NCBI RefSeq assembly: GCF_004010195.1
Contig: NC_057751.1
Location: forward strand, 18,739,543-18,803,542
From: Chiloscyllium plagiosum
Taxonomy: Eukaryota
DNA: 64,000 bases
Reading direction: 5' to 3'
Part shown: positions 51,371-64,000 of the stretch, piece after piece
How positions within the stretch are numbered: the first letter of the stretch is position 1
How the letters are laid out: each line of letters opens with the position of its first letter
Translations under genes and position numbers: made by a program
The notes under the pieces: model-generated
Seen by the model: only the letters and a program-made list of their open reading frames with translations
The model's database searches: none
What the model was told of the DNA's origin: nothing

Positions 51371-51684
51371 GGGCGGCACGGTGGCACGTGGTTAGCACTG
51401 CTGCCTCACAGCGCCAGAGACCCGGGTTCAATTCCTGCCTCAGGTGACTCTCTGTGTGGATTTTGCACATTCTCCCCTTGTCTGCGTGGGTTTCCTCCGG
51501 GTTTTCCTGTTTCCTCCCACAGTTAAATAAAAATGTGCAGGCTAGGTGAATTGGCCTGGCAAAATTGCCCGTAGTGTTAGGTGAAAGTATAAATGTAGGG
51601 GAATGGGTCTGGGTTGGCTGCGCTTCAGCGGGTCGGTGTGGTCTTAGTTGGGCTGAAGGGCCTGTTTCCAAGCTGTAAGTAATC
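51371..51684 (+). mobile_element. HE1 V-SINE, right-arm specific
   Basis: Same family. The mirror site near 40890 is empty. Confidence 0.88.
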
Positions 51685-53120
51685 AAAGCATCAACTGTCT
51701 CTTTCTTGAAGGCCCCAGGATGATAATGTTTGGCATCAATTATGTGGCGAGTCCACGGATTCGTTTCCTGTGGTTTCAGTTACCTGCGGATTCCCATATC
51801 CAAAACATATTAGAGGGTATCAAGGGCCAGCAGACTGCTTGGAAGATATATTTCCTATTGAAAGTTTCCCTCCCATCCACAATTTCAGGCTTGCGAGTTA
51901 GGTCCTGGAAAGTATCGCCCGCGGGTATGATGCCCCCAACCTGCAATACTCCAATTTAGCCATCATTATTGAATAAGCACTAATCGTGGTTGAGCTGATT
52001 GCAAATCTTTCATTTGTATTTATGTATATCTTTGAGGATAACAATATTTTGTGGAGCCTTCTCTCCCATGTGAGTTGGATTGTCCCCGGCATTCATAGCT
52101 GCCAGTAAAGACATGATTCTATTGATTGATGCTAGAACCATTTCGATCAGTCACAGACTAGTTCTGGTGCCCGCCACATAAATAGCTCGGCGTTGTAAGT
52201 CCAATGCTTGCTCTTTTTCACAGTGTGTCTCCTGACATATCCCCCTTCACTCCTTCACAAACCAGAGCATAAACAGACCCCGCTTGACGGTAATAGTTTA
52301 ATTGAGAACGTATATTTGCAGTCATGTGTGTAAACCTTCTCATTGCAAACAGTTCTGTAGTAGGTTTATCATCTCATTGACGCCAATATTTGAGCTGATA
52401 ATACAATCGTACAGTATAAAAGAGACCATTTGGCAACGCCAAAACTGGTCTAAATTTGCATTGGTCCCACTTTCCTGCACTGTCCCAAAGCGTTGAATGT
52501 TATACCATTTCAATTGGTCACATAATTGCTCTCTAAAATTAAGCCACACAACTACTCCAGATAATGTAGTCCACCCAACAACATCTGGGTGAAAATACAT
52601 TTCCTGCAAATCCCTCCAAAACATTGACCTTTCACTTTAAACTGATACTACGTTTCTCAAAACAATTCAACTAAGGGGAACAGCTGTTTCCTACCAATCG
52701 TCTATATTCCACGTTATCATAGAATTGAACGTTGTAGAAGGAGACCTTTCAACCTTTTCGTCTGTACCGGTTCTGAAAAGACCAACCCAGCGAGGTACAA
52801 ACTCCTGTGTTCTTTTTTCCCCAAATCCCTCTAAATTCATCCCTTTCAGGTATATATCGAGCTCTCCTTTCAAACAGAATGGGGGAACAGCAACTAATGT
52901 ATTCAAAAGAGAGTGAGACATCAAACTAAAAACTGCAAGCCCCATCTACCAAAGGGGATTATTGGGAACTTTGACTAAAGACGTTATAACAGGTCGCTCA
53001 CATGAGTTCAAAGGCAGCAGGGCAGAGTCGCCATGGTTTCGTGATAGGGACATCACTTTTCCTTCACCTAAAGGAATTAGTTCAGGAGGTCACACGGGCA
53101 ATGGATGAAGAGGGTCCCCA

Positions 53121-53460
53121 CACGGATGAAAACAAACCCACCATTTCGACTGGGACAACACATCTATCCTGGGACAGGCTAAGCAAAGTCATGCCAGAGA
53201 GCTCCTAGAGGCCTGGCACTCCAACCACAACGCCATAAACAAACACATAGATCTAGATGCCATCTATCAACCCCTCAGAAAACGAACAGGAAATTATACC
53301 ATCACAAACCCTAGGAACCCTATCCAGGAGAAAGATATAAATAGAAAGCAGGCGACAACAGCTTCGCTTCACTTGGAGGTCGCCACTGATGATGTTACCT
53401 AGCCAGGTAATGAAATGTCTGGATATCAAACCTACAGCTCAGCGAGCAAACATCACCCTA
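53121..53460 (+). mobile_element. Penelope-like element 3' fragment (GIY-YIG C-terminus plus hammerhead), right-arm specific
   Basis: Encodes HHFDWDNTSILGQAKQSHARELLEAWHSNHNAINKHIDLDAIYQPLR. Motif cca-CTGATGA-tgttacct agcc aggtaat-GAAA-tgTC-tgg at 53383-53422. Absent from the left arm. Confidence 0.75.
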
Positions 53461-55565
53461 AACAACAGGAATATCTCAGAGTTAGGAGAAATTGAGGAAG
53501 TTAGCCTTCTGGTGAAAGAATTTAGCCAAAGCCTTCACATCACATGGCATTGCAAATGGCAATACCTCAGCGAACTGACTCCTATATTTTTTGTATTAAC
53601 CTTCTTAGTTTCTTAATAGCGTTTCAACCTGCCTGTGCCGACAGATTATCCTTAAGAGTAGTTTTATTTTTGGTTTAAGTCCGACGAAATCCTCACCCAT
53701 ATTAGAGATGAAAATGTTTTGCATTGACATTAGAAACTCAAAGTGGGCACTTCTTCAAAGTGAACTACTCGCTGTATTAATTCAAATTGGTTTTTGATTC
53801 ATAACACTAGATGTATGTTCATTTACAAACAGCGTGCTCCTGTCCAGACGAGGGATGGGGAGAAGATATAGGCTGGAACGAGGGGTTGCATTTCTCGAAT
53901 GGAACTTACGATGTTCCCATGAAAATCTGGAGCCGGACCGGGCTGGCACCAGCATGTCCTGGCTGGAGACGAAAAATGCAAGCAGTGAATACTGCGATAC
54001 CTAATGAGTACACAGCGTGCGCTTCAATCTACCAGCTTTCCTCACACATTCAGATGCAGTTCTGGATGCACGGAACAGTGACTGCCAGGAACTAGTCCTC
54101 TACTCGCTTCATATCCGGAAGTGACCTGCTGAATGGCGCCATTCACAAGTATTTTATTGGGCACAGTGTGTGAGGCTGCCACTGCCTAGTTGCCCTCCAG
54201 GACTTGTAAATCAAGACCTGATGCAACGTTCGCTCACCTACAGTCACATTGACGTTCACACCAAATTGAAATGTTAACTTGTTTTTTCTCTCTTTCTCAC
54301 TCCACAGAGTTACTCGAAGATTTTCTCTGTGTGTTTCAGATTTCTGCACCATATCGAGTCTCACCAGCCTCGAAAAATTGCATTTGATAAGAGAGAAAAA
54401 AGTACAGGGTGTCATTCTGAGGAGGTGGACGCCGCATATTGAAGGTCGAGAATGGCCTACTTTGTGAATGAGTTTGATGGAAAGCTGGCACTGTTTTTGT
54501 TGTCCATCGAAACCCTAGAATTCTTTTCTGCAGAGAATAGTGGAGGCAAGGAGGAATTCCAAACGAAATATCGAAACGAAATCAGAACACTTCTTTCCCC
54601 AAACTATGCACTGAGACCGACTTGAAACGATGATTAAATGTGACCTTTTTTCCATTTGCCTTCCGTCCCACATAATTTAACGTCGATTTGATGTAGCTGC
54701 TGTTGAATTGGTAACATTTACACTTTCCTCTGCACCTGTCATAGACGTTATTCAACAACGTAACCACAGCCCCAACAGAACACCACGCGAGAGACTGCTT
54801 TCCAGCCCAACTCCAACCGTTCATCCGCCCTCCCTGATCTCTGTATTTCAACACTTTTGTGATTAGATAAGATTGTCTACAGTATGGAAACAGGCTCTTT
54901 GGCCCAACATGTCTACACCGAAACACCAAAGAGTAACCCACTCATACCCATGCTTGATGCACATACCAGAATGGGCAAATGAGCCTGGCCAATTCTCCTG
55001 ACCTCCAAATCATTGGGTTGTGGGACGAAATCGGAGTAGCTAGAGGTAACCCAGGCAGACACGAGGAGAATGTGCAAACTCCACGCAAACAGTCGCCGAG
55101 GTTAGAATCAAACCCAGGTTCCTGCCGTTGTGAGGCAGCAGTGCTAATCACTGAACCACCGCGCTGCCCCTAGCCACCGTGCTGCGACTGTCACCTTACT
55201 GCCCCTTGCCACCGTGCTGCCTTAATGACAAACCCCAAGACATAATTGACCTTTAATTCCATGGCGTGCAATTTCCCCATTGAGATGTAACGCCCTGAGA
55301 GTTCATTGAAGCTTCCAGATAAAACAATCAATGGCCTCCTTTTCTATTATGAATTGCAAAGATTGAATATGGTCACCATTTGAAGATGGGGATCAAATTT
55401 ATTGCCCCGTTCCCTAACTATCCCTGTCAGAAAGTAATTGTGAGCCACTTTCTTAAACTACTGCGTTCTGTGTGAGATAGGGACACACACGTGGTGCTGT
55501 AAGTGACACATTTCCAGGTCAGTTGGAGTAAGGGACTGCTCTGATCGACACAAGGCACGGCTCCT

Positions 55566-55641
55566 ATTGGGTGCATCATTCCAGTTTTGTTGTCCTCGAT
55601 ATGCTGTCATTGGACCATGGAATCTTTTGCTTGCTATATAA
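55566..55641 (+). promoter_or_regulatory. Core promoter of right saposin-like gene (two inverted CCAAT boxes plus TATA)
   Basis: ATTGG at 55566-55570 and 55609-55613; TATATAA at 55635-55641, 40 nt before the ATG. Confidence 0.65.
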
Positions 55642-55681
55642 CAGTGCCAGTCAGTGACCTTCAGATCGTCAGAACGCAGCG

Positions 55682-55724
55682 ATGATTCTCTTTGTGTTCC
55701 TTGCCCTTTTCTGCTTCTCCTTGG
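55682..55724 (+). CDS. Saposin-like gene, right copy, exon 1 (signal peptide MILFVFLALFCFSL + 1 nt)
   Basis: ATG at 55682, hydrophobic run, phase-1 donor G|gtatga at 55725. TATATAA at 55635-55641. Confidence 0.85.
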
Positions 55725-56520
55725 GTATGATACTAACCTCTTTGGAAAACTTTTTTTTTCTCTTTCGTACATTCGCAGCGTGGTGGTAGGCTTTGGGTGG
55801 GTTCAGGGCGCGGGGGTTACCAGAGAACTCACTGTCAATCAAGGACAGTGTTTAATCACTGTTTAATCACTTCACACTGATTTGAAGCTGATGGAAACGC
55901 ATTGCTGTGTTACTGATCAGTGTGTAATTGAAGGTTTTCCTACTTCGTGACACGGGTGTTTGTTGTATGGTTTCTGTAATAACTGTGAGACTAGAAGACT
56001 GTCAATATTCTTGTATCAATGTATTCCCCTTCGGCAATTCCACGATGTGGGACCCCCAGTCTCCAGAATTGCCGATCAAACCCTCGGTGAACAGTCCTTC
56101 ACCCAATCAGAACATGATAAGCAAATCAACAGCAGAGACCAGGCACACAGTCAATGTGATCCGAAACCGAGCTCTCAATGTTATGTGAATCCAAAATAAA
56201 GCCCATTCCCTTTTTCTCCTTGTGCAATAATTTTCACTTCTGAAAGCAATGACCTTTCCCAGGCTGTAAGCTCTGGACTGAAATCTCTGTCCTCTGACAT
56301 CACGGGCTTTGTTTGGAATGCCAGACTTTGCATGTTTTCCTATCCCAAGGTGAACAGAGACAATGTCTCTCACTCCGTGTTGATAAATATATGGACATAC
56401 ATTGCTCTTTTTTTTTTGTCTCTTAGTTCTCCTGGAAAGCACCATAACGTTTTCATTACGTTAAGGTTTTTTAAGATTAGATTCCCTATAGTGTGGAAAC
56501 AGGCACTTTGATCCAACATG

Positions 56521-56594
56521 GTCAAAACAATGACTGCAGATGCTGGAAACCAGATTCTGGATTAGTTGTGCTGGAAGAGCACAGCAGTTTTGAG
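56521..56594 (-). mobile_element. 74-bp Penelope-tail insertion inside an old SINE, right-arm specific
   Basis: 8-bp TSD CCAACATG (56513-56520, 56595-56602). Contains actgcagatgctgga...gctggaagagcacagcag. Absent at the mirror site near 34320. Confidence 0.65.
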
Positions 56595-59232
56595 CCAACA
56601 TGTCCACACCAACCCTCCAAAGAGTAACCCACCCAGACCAATGCATCTTACACTATTTGCAATTTAGCACGTCCAATTAACTTGATCTGCACATTTGTTA
56701 CTGTGTGAGGAAACCCGGTAAAACAAAATCACATACAGATACGGACAGAATGAGCAAACTCTTCGTAGACAGTCTACCAAGGCTGGAATTGAACTCAGGA
56801 CCCTGATGCAGTGAGGCAGCAGCGCCAACCTCTGAGCCACCGTGCCAATCTGGAGCTACTTTTTTTTCTTTAATGTATCTGTTGCGAGATTGTCGTGCAG
56901 CTCACAACCTGTGTGGTCTTGATTGGGAAAGAAAATAGTTCAGTCTTGAGAGTAAATCATCGATTAAGCCCGGAAGCATTAAAGATGGTGCTCGCCCACA
57001 GAGAGTGAATCATGATTATAATGCGACTGGCGTGGCTAATACACAGCTGAATCTTTTGCTGAACACAACACAAAATTCTACAGGTGGTGGAAGTTTGAAA
57101 CCTGGGTGGCCCAGTGGCTTAGTGTTAGCACTGCAATCTCGAAACGGCGCTGTTGCAAGTTTGAGCCGTCCACCACACAAAGATGTGCAGTTTAGTGTTA
57201 AGGTATGATTTGGTTACAGGGATAGTCATGTGGTAAAAGTGGCTTCTGAAGAGATAGTGTGGGAAGTTCTGTGAATTGAAAATGCAGACTTGATTGGTAG
57301 AATGGCCTCAATCATCTATAGCTTAGAATCGCTGGTTCGTGCCAAAAGAAAATGCTGTGGAAACTTTGGTAATATCTGAAGGGAGAAAGCAGAGCAAGCA
57401 TTTTGGATATGAGACCGGTCCCTCGACACGAAACTCACCCATTGAGTTGACGATGCCGACATGTGATAACAAACCTCCTGCATTTCTGGTTCGTAAGTGG
57501 ATACACCCAGACGTATAATCACAATAAACGTGCATTAAATATCCGCAAAGCATGTCTTTAATAACTTATGCAGGATAAAAGGAACGAATAATTAGTTTCC
57601 AAAGTACTGACAAAAGTTATGTTTTCATAGAATTTCTACTGTGTGGGGGCAGGTCATTCGGCCCAGTGAGGTCTCTGAGGAGCAGTTCTGTCTGATCCAC
57701 CCATGGCTAATCCACACAGCCTGCATATCCCTTGAAACTTTGGGAAATTTAGCCTGGCCAATCGACCGAAACCTACATAACTTTGGGTTGGGGAGGAAAC
57801 CAAAGCAGTCATAGGAAATCCACGCAGCCATGGGGAGAATGTGAAAACTCCATACAGACAGTCGCCCAACGCTGGAATAGAACGCCTGTCACTGGTGTTA
57901 TGGGGCACAAGTGCCAACCACTGACTCACCTTAAATGTACCCAACCACAGACTGTTCGTGTGGCACCTATTGGATTTCTGTTATGTATGCCATTTTAATC
58001 AGGCAAGTCTTACCAACTTTGCTGAGTTTCAGATATCCATGTCAGATTTGATTGACCCAGAGCTGCATTTTGCCACATCTTGGCAAATTGTTTGTTCCAT
58101 TCTGCAAGGTATTTTTGCACCATTGTCATGTGATCAAGTCTTTAACTCCGGACGCGACCTCTTTCCCACGTGCTGCTTCCCTCACCTACTCGTTACGCAA
58201 TTATCTGGCTTGCTTTAGTCAGAAATAATTGTCAGTGCTGGGCTCTCCTGGGAAAGGACATGGCACATCGATGCTAAGGGTCTGACATGGAAGTCAAGAA
58301 AAAACGTTGAGACTGCATCGCGAGAGACCCACTGTGAATTTTAAGTCAGGCATGTTACATGGAAGCTGCACAAATTAATTCAGCATTTCCGAGACAGAGA
58401 ACAATATGCATATGTGTGATTTCTGTAGCGATTCCATAATCACTTTGTTATTTCAACGCTTTGACCAGACAGTACCAACCTGTTCGGTTTAGAATTGACA
58501 TTAAACCTGCAAGTTAACTGTCAGTCATCATAAGCCTGTGCACTCGCCATGGAAGTTCTCACAATTAGAGTTCACATTACAGCGCAGAAACTGAGAAAAT
58601 AGGATCCATCTATGCGGCCGCATCGAGTCTGCTTTCTCATTCATTCTGATCATTGGCTAGAATCCAAATCAGGTGCCTGTTTGCACTTTCCCCAACTGCA
58701 GCGCTGAACATCTCTGTCCAAGATCTTCTCTAAACCTTGTGGCTTTGCGAGTTCTTTTTAAGCGCCATGTTCTTATGAGTGGCTTCTTAACAACATTAAG
58801 GGTTCATTGTTGTCCAAACAGTCTTTCGGAAGCATTTTGAGGACTAAATCTGCCCAGTATTGGGCGTCCACATATCTACCTTCTGCCGACGGTGTTCCCC
58901 TGCAGGACAAATGACAGACATGTTAATCCAACAATCGAATTTATTCAAACATGACAGTCACATGTTGCCAATAATAGCAAGATGATGTTATTATTATGAT
59001 GTTTACAAATGCAATTATGTGGAGTCTCCACACAATACTGATTTAATGTCCATTAACTTGGGTGCTGGAACTGTTGAAGGAAGGAATGTTAATAAATTGC
59101 GGCTGTCTATTATCATTTAGAGCGGGTTAAAATTGTGTAAAGTTTGAAGACGTTGTGGAGAAAAGGATGAGTCAACGTCTTGAGGTTGGAGCACCGAAAC
59201 TCTGCTTCCTTGTTTTTTTTAACGTTTCTCAG

Positions 59233-59360
59233 TTCTCGAATCGAAGCGGTCAACCTGTCCTGAGCCTTCCAATGTCACTTGCAGAAATCTGCAGCTAGTC
59301 CTTTCGTGTAAACAAGTGAGGAAATGCAGGAATATCATCTGCAGTGAGGATCAAAGCTGG
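59233..59360 (+). CDS. Saposin-like gene, right copy, exon 2 (SapA domain)
   Basis: Acceptor ...tttaacgtttctcag and donor TGG|gtaagt; 128 nt. Encodes (V)LESKRSTCPEPSNVTCRNLQLVLSCKQVRKCRNIICSEDQSW; the other two frames contain stops. Confidence 0.85.
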
Positions 59361-59826
59361 GTAAGTGGTCTCAATGCAATATTTTTGCCACATCAGGACA
59401 AGATAACATGCTTCCTTGAAGTAGATCCACTTCATGTTGGAAGCATTTTTGATGCATAACTGATGCTGAGTCGTCTGGTTAAATATCTATACGTTTGCCG
59501 ACGATCCGGTCTTGATCTCAATAACGAGAGTGAGGGGTGAAATCGGTGATGCGGCGGGGGGAGGGGGGGGCATCAGAGAGAGTTGGTGAAACTGCAGATG
59601 GAGTCATAGGAATGGATGGAAAGGCAGAGTGGGAAAGTATTGGAGAATGGAGTAACTTTGAGAACAGTGAGATAATCTGAGCGATCTAAGCTGGAAGGCA
59701 AACTTGAGGGTTTATGGCTGAAGTGAAACACAGTTTATAATTTGCAATCTCATCATGAAGATTCACACACAACGAGAAAATGCTGCATCAACAATTATCT
59801 TGGCAATAATTTGTTCTGTTTTTCAG

Positions 59827-59901
59827 AAAACACCCAACTTATTTTGCCCTCAGGAAATGACAGCGGAAAAGGAAAAACTACGCTCGAAACCAGAAACCAT
59901 G
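59827..59901 (+). CDS. Saposin-like gene, right copy, exon 3
   Basis: Acceptor ttgttctgtttttcag and donor ATG|gtatga; 75 nt. Encodes KTPNLFCPQEMTAEKEKLRSKPETM. Confidence 0.8.
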
Positions 59902-62594
59902 GTATGAATTGTAATACTTACATGGGGTTCAGAATGGAGAGAAATAGCTGGCTTGCGAAGCATAGTCACACCCACAGTGAAAGTTCAATTCCCTCATAGA
60001 GAATATTATCTCCTTTTCAAACTCTCCCCTTGCCTGATGCGTAGTGACCTGGCTGATTAAACCATTAAACCAGTGGACCCCTTACAACGCAAAAGCAGCG
60101 CTGTAGCTTATCATGCTTTGATCTTGAAATATATAAAGAAATCGAAACATGATCATGAAGAGGTCCCTTGTGCACGATAAAATAAAATCATAGACAGGCA
60201 GTGACCAATGCCTGAATGAGCACTACACGCAATGCAGGTAAACTTCGCAACAGCTTATGTCCTGCAGTAAAAGACGGCGCCCCTTTCCGCCGCCCCGCCT
60301 CCCCCACCCCCACCCCAGCCTCACGCCAAACGCGTAAACTCCTAACATTTATATCCAGACATTAGGAAAACAGATACAACACTCGGTGCTTCAGCATTTG
60401 CCAAATAATCGAAACAAAAACTGATCATTTCCAGACTGAATGAAAGCCATGCTGCCCAGTAGTGAAGTCACAAGCTCTTTCTCGGATGGTTGTTTTGTTC
60501 AGGTTGTTCTGTGTTGCCCGGTTCTATTTAAAATATGATGTGGGGGTCCCAGTGCGAGATTTGAGTGGACATAACCAGAATTCACACGGCACCATGTTAT
60601 CATCCAGCAGATGTATTTGAAGCCATAAGCTTTTGGAGCACTGGTCCTTCGTCAGTTGGAGAGGAGGAAAGCATTGGGGCACAGAATTTGTAGGCAGAGA
60701 GATAATTGCAAGATAAATGGAGTGTCAAAACATAGCACAAACGGTGTGAATGGAACATCGACAGATTGAATAACAAGTAATTACAGTTGATCAAAAGCTT
60801 CAGACGGTAGAAGAGAAGTTTCAACAACTGAATGGCAAGTGAAGTGATAATGTGTGATCCAATTAATTGAGTCGGATATATAATTAACACAAAGTGAGCA
60901 CTGCAAATGCTGGATATCAGAGTCAAGTGTGCAGTGCTGGAAAAGCACAGCCCTTCAGACAGCATCCGAGTAACAAGTGAATCAACATTTTGGGCATAAT
61001 TCCTTCATCGAATCGGCGATTCGCCTGTTCCACGAATGCTGCCTCACCTGCTGTAGTTCTGGAGGACCACACTCTCAACACAGAAAGTTAACTACACGAA
61101 GTCAATAATAACGTTGCCTGGGAAATAATCAAATCGCTTGAATAATATGATAAATATAAAAGTCCCATGACGAGGGTCGAATCAAAGTGGCAAGTAATCC
61201 AAAACTGTAAACTAATTAAGGTAGAGAAGTCGTCAAAAGGTATTAAGGTGGTGGTGTCAAAATAGAACAGCAAGGGAGATTCAATTAATTGGATCACAGG
61301 TCATCGCTTCACTTGGCGTTCAGCTGTTGATACTTGACTCACACGGTCTGATGCTTTTTACCTTCTGCAATGATTTTTTATTCAGCTTGCCGATGGTCCA
61401 CTGACACAACTAGTGCTATGTTTTGTCACTCTTGATTACTTGATATTGTCCTGCAATTATCTACGCGCCTGTAATTTCTGTGTCTGCCTGCTCCCCTCCA
61501 CGTAATGTGCAATCAATATCAAAGATTTGAATGACAAGTTACAAGGCATGATTAGTCCATTTACAGAACACACTAAAATAGGAGGTATCATCGGCAGTGA
61601 GGAAGGTGATAAGAAATTGCAGCAGGACCTTGATCAGCTGGGGAAATGAGCCCAGAAATGGCAAATGGCGTTTACTTTAGATAAATGTGAATTCTTACAT
61701 TTTCAAAGTCAAATCAAGCTCGGAGTTGCATGGTGATTTGTCAGTGATTAAGGGGTCCAGCGGATCAGCGAGACCTTGGGGTTCAGGTTCACGTTCTCTA
61801 AAAGTGTAGTCACATGTTGACAGGGCAGTGAAGTAGGCTTTTGCCATTCTGGGCATCGTCAGTCAGGACCTTGAGTATAGAAGTTATGAAGATATGTTAG
61901 TTATATAGAACGGTAGTGAAGCTGTACTTGGAGTATTGTGTTCAGTTTTCTTCATCTTGTTATATGAAGGATGTTATTAACCAGGAAAGAGTGCAAACGG
62001 GATTTACAGGGATGTTGCCTGTACCGAAGGTCTGCGTTATTGGGAGAGATTGGACAAGCTAGGACCATTGTCTTCAGCGCAAAGGATACTGAGAGCGGAT
62101 CTTTCAGAAGTGTAAAAGATCATGAGAGGCATGGATAGGGTAAATGCAATCAGTCTTTTACCCACGCTGTAGGCAGCATAAGCTCAACGTTAGAGGGGAA
62201 AATATAAAAGGGAATCTGAGAGGCAATCAGAAGGTGTGGTGTATATGGAATGAGCTGCCCGTGAAAGTGATTGGGGCTGTACATTAATGACATTTAAAAA
62301 GCATTTGAACAAATACATATATAGGAAAGATTAGAAGCATATGAGTCAAGTCCTGTAAAGTGCGATTACTGTTGATGGATATTTCGTCAGCACGGATCAA
62401 TTTGGACCAAATGGCCTGTCTCTGTGCAGTAGGACATATGACGCTGTGAAAGTTTCTGATTTCAAATAAACGTACTGGACTATAAACTGCTGCCATGAGA
62501 CATCTAATCACTTTTTTACAATATTGCACCATGTACACTTTTGTATAGTATTAAATGTGCATCATATGGACGTGCTGTCCTCTTTTCTGTACAG

Positions 62595-62717
62595 AAACAA
62601 AATAGGAACGCAGGGACAAAGCTATGTGAAAACACAAGTGGCAACGCACGCCATTTTTGTCTGAACAGGGTTCAGTTTGAAATGACCTTAATCTATCGTG
62701 CATTTGAGAATGGTGGG
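62595..62717 (+). CDS. Saposin-like gene, right copy, exon 4 (gene continues beyond the window)
   Basis: Acceptor gtcctcttttctgtacag and donor GGG|gtaagt; 123 nt. Encodes KQNRNAGTKLCENTSGNARHFCLNRVQFEMTLIYRAFENGG. Confidence 0.85.
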
Positions 62718-64000
62718 GTAAGTAGATCACAGTCCTCTCAATGATTATCGCCTCAAATGCCTTGAGAATATATGATTTGATTTAATTATTGTCACGTGTA
62801 CAGAGACACGGTGAAAAGTAATGTTTTGTGTGTTATGCAGACAAATCACACCTGGCATAAGTACATCAAAGTAATTGATCAGATTGTGGAAAATAGTGTT
62901 ACAGCCCCAGAGAAAGCGCAGAGAAAGACCAACAGTAATAGTTGAGAAGCTTTCTCGTCAGTCTGACCACGACACGCAAGAAGGTGGTTTTGAATTTGTT
63001 ATTTAAAATGATCATTGCTGATGTGACAGTCCACCCGTCCTCTTCCCTATGCGTTTTTACCTGTAACTACGTGATTCTCCAAATGATCAAGAACGTCTCA
63101 GCCTTAAATATATGCATGCATTCTGCCCTGCCCCTCCTTTCCCAACCATACCTTTCAGTGGCAAGAATCTAAACCTCATCTGTTCAGTCTTCGATTGGCA
63201 ATACTTTATTTTGACGCTGGTTTTCGACTGCCCCCTGAGTCCTGCCAATATCTTTTGTTTTGCAGCTTTTTTGCAGTCTTTATCCATTGAAATAATACTC
63301 TTTATTCCCCCTTCCAAAATGAAAAAAAAAAACTTTTCATTGTCCAAAATTATACTTCATGGCCCAATTTTTGTCCATTTATTTAAAGTATTAAAGTCTC
63401 TCAGCAAACTATGTATTTCTCTCCCACAGAGTGTACTTCCATCTATTTTGTTTTCTGCAAATTTGACTGCAGCGCATTCACTTCCTTCCTCCAAGTCATC
63501 AACATATATTGTAAACGTTCATGCCCCAGCACTGATCCGTGTGGCATATCCCTGGTCCCGGGTCTCTAACCTGAAAAGCACTAACCCTTAACAGCACTCG
63601 CTCTTTCCTCTCCATCAGCCACTTCTTTATTCAGGCCAATATACAAACTTCAACAACATGGGCTCGACAAAAACAATACTACCTCCAGTTTATGCCACCT
63701 CCCCCGAATCAAACTGGGTCTGCAAAGATCCAGAAGACAGGATATTTTTGCCATCTCCAGTGCCATGTCCATGTTCAGCACAAAATTGGTATTTTTCTCG
63801 ACTCTGCATTCTTTGTCAATCCCATGCCCGAATACACATTTCTACTTCTTTTAAACCAATTCATAACGAGCTCCCAAACTGTGGTAACGTTCTGGAAATC
63901 AAGTCTCAGTCTTCGTTCTGGAATTGTCACAATTCTCTTTTAAAGTACACAAAATTCTCCAAATTTCCTGAGGTTTGGCTCCAAATTATGAGCAAAACTT

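Larger units (their letters stand above)
46975..64000. repeat. Right arm of large inverted segmental duplication (truncated by window end)
   Basis: Reverse complement of the left arm. Paired ORFs in the track also mirror each other, e.g. 26162..26410(-) with 62541..62744(+), and 43272..43757(-) with 48244..48791(+). Confidence 0.95.

Noticed and set aside
57084..57492. Two extra exon candidates in intron 1 (57084-57202 and about 57327-57492; mirror about 33447-33852)
   Set aside because: The donors look good, but the second candidate's acceptor is missing and its frame has TGA in the left copy. Exon 1 already joins exon 2 in frame. They remain possible minor exons.
58033..58108. Alternative first exon MSDLIDPELHFATSWQIVCSILQ
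   Set aside because: Poor signal peptide and no promoter motifs, unlike the exon at 55682.
24908..64000. Arms as uncollapsed allelic haplotypes
   Set aside because: About 10% divergence and several reciprocal TE insertions are far more than expected between alleles.

Overview
Repeat-rich vertebrate DNA, almost certainly from a shark or other elasmobranch (HE1-type tRNA-derived V-SINEs, HER1/CR1 LINEs, Penelope-like elements). It has two assembly gaps: 16844-17802 (959 N) and 45227-45726 (exactly 500 N). Nearly all ORFs in the supplied track are retroelement debris or chance ORFs. The main structure is a large inverted segmental duplication: about 24908-45190 mirrors about 46975-64000 and runs off the window end, at roughly 90% identity in stretches aligned by eye, with many arm-specific indels. 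Each arm carries a spliced, divergently transcribed saposin-family gene that the ORF track does not assemble. The left copy (- strand) has 5 exons: 35123-35081, 31696-31569, 31124-31050, 26311-26189 and 24666-24526. It encodes 169 aa: signal peptide, SapA domain, one atypical SapB domain and a repeat-derived tail. The right copy (+ strand) has exons 55682-55724, 59233-59360, 59827-59901 and 62595-62717; exon 5 should lie just past the window. Both copies have TATA and two CCAAT boxes, GT-AG introns and phase-compatible open exons. Also present: Penelope-associated minimal hammerhead ribozymes (one TSD-flanked insertion has two in inverted orientation), a young solo LTR with a 5-bp TSD, Gmr1-like Gypsy fossils, and a 195-bp tract that is identical between the two arms. 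All alignments and counts were done by hand and no database search was run.
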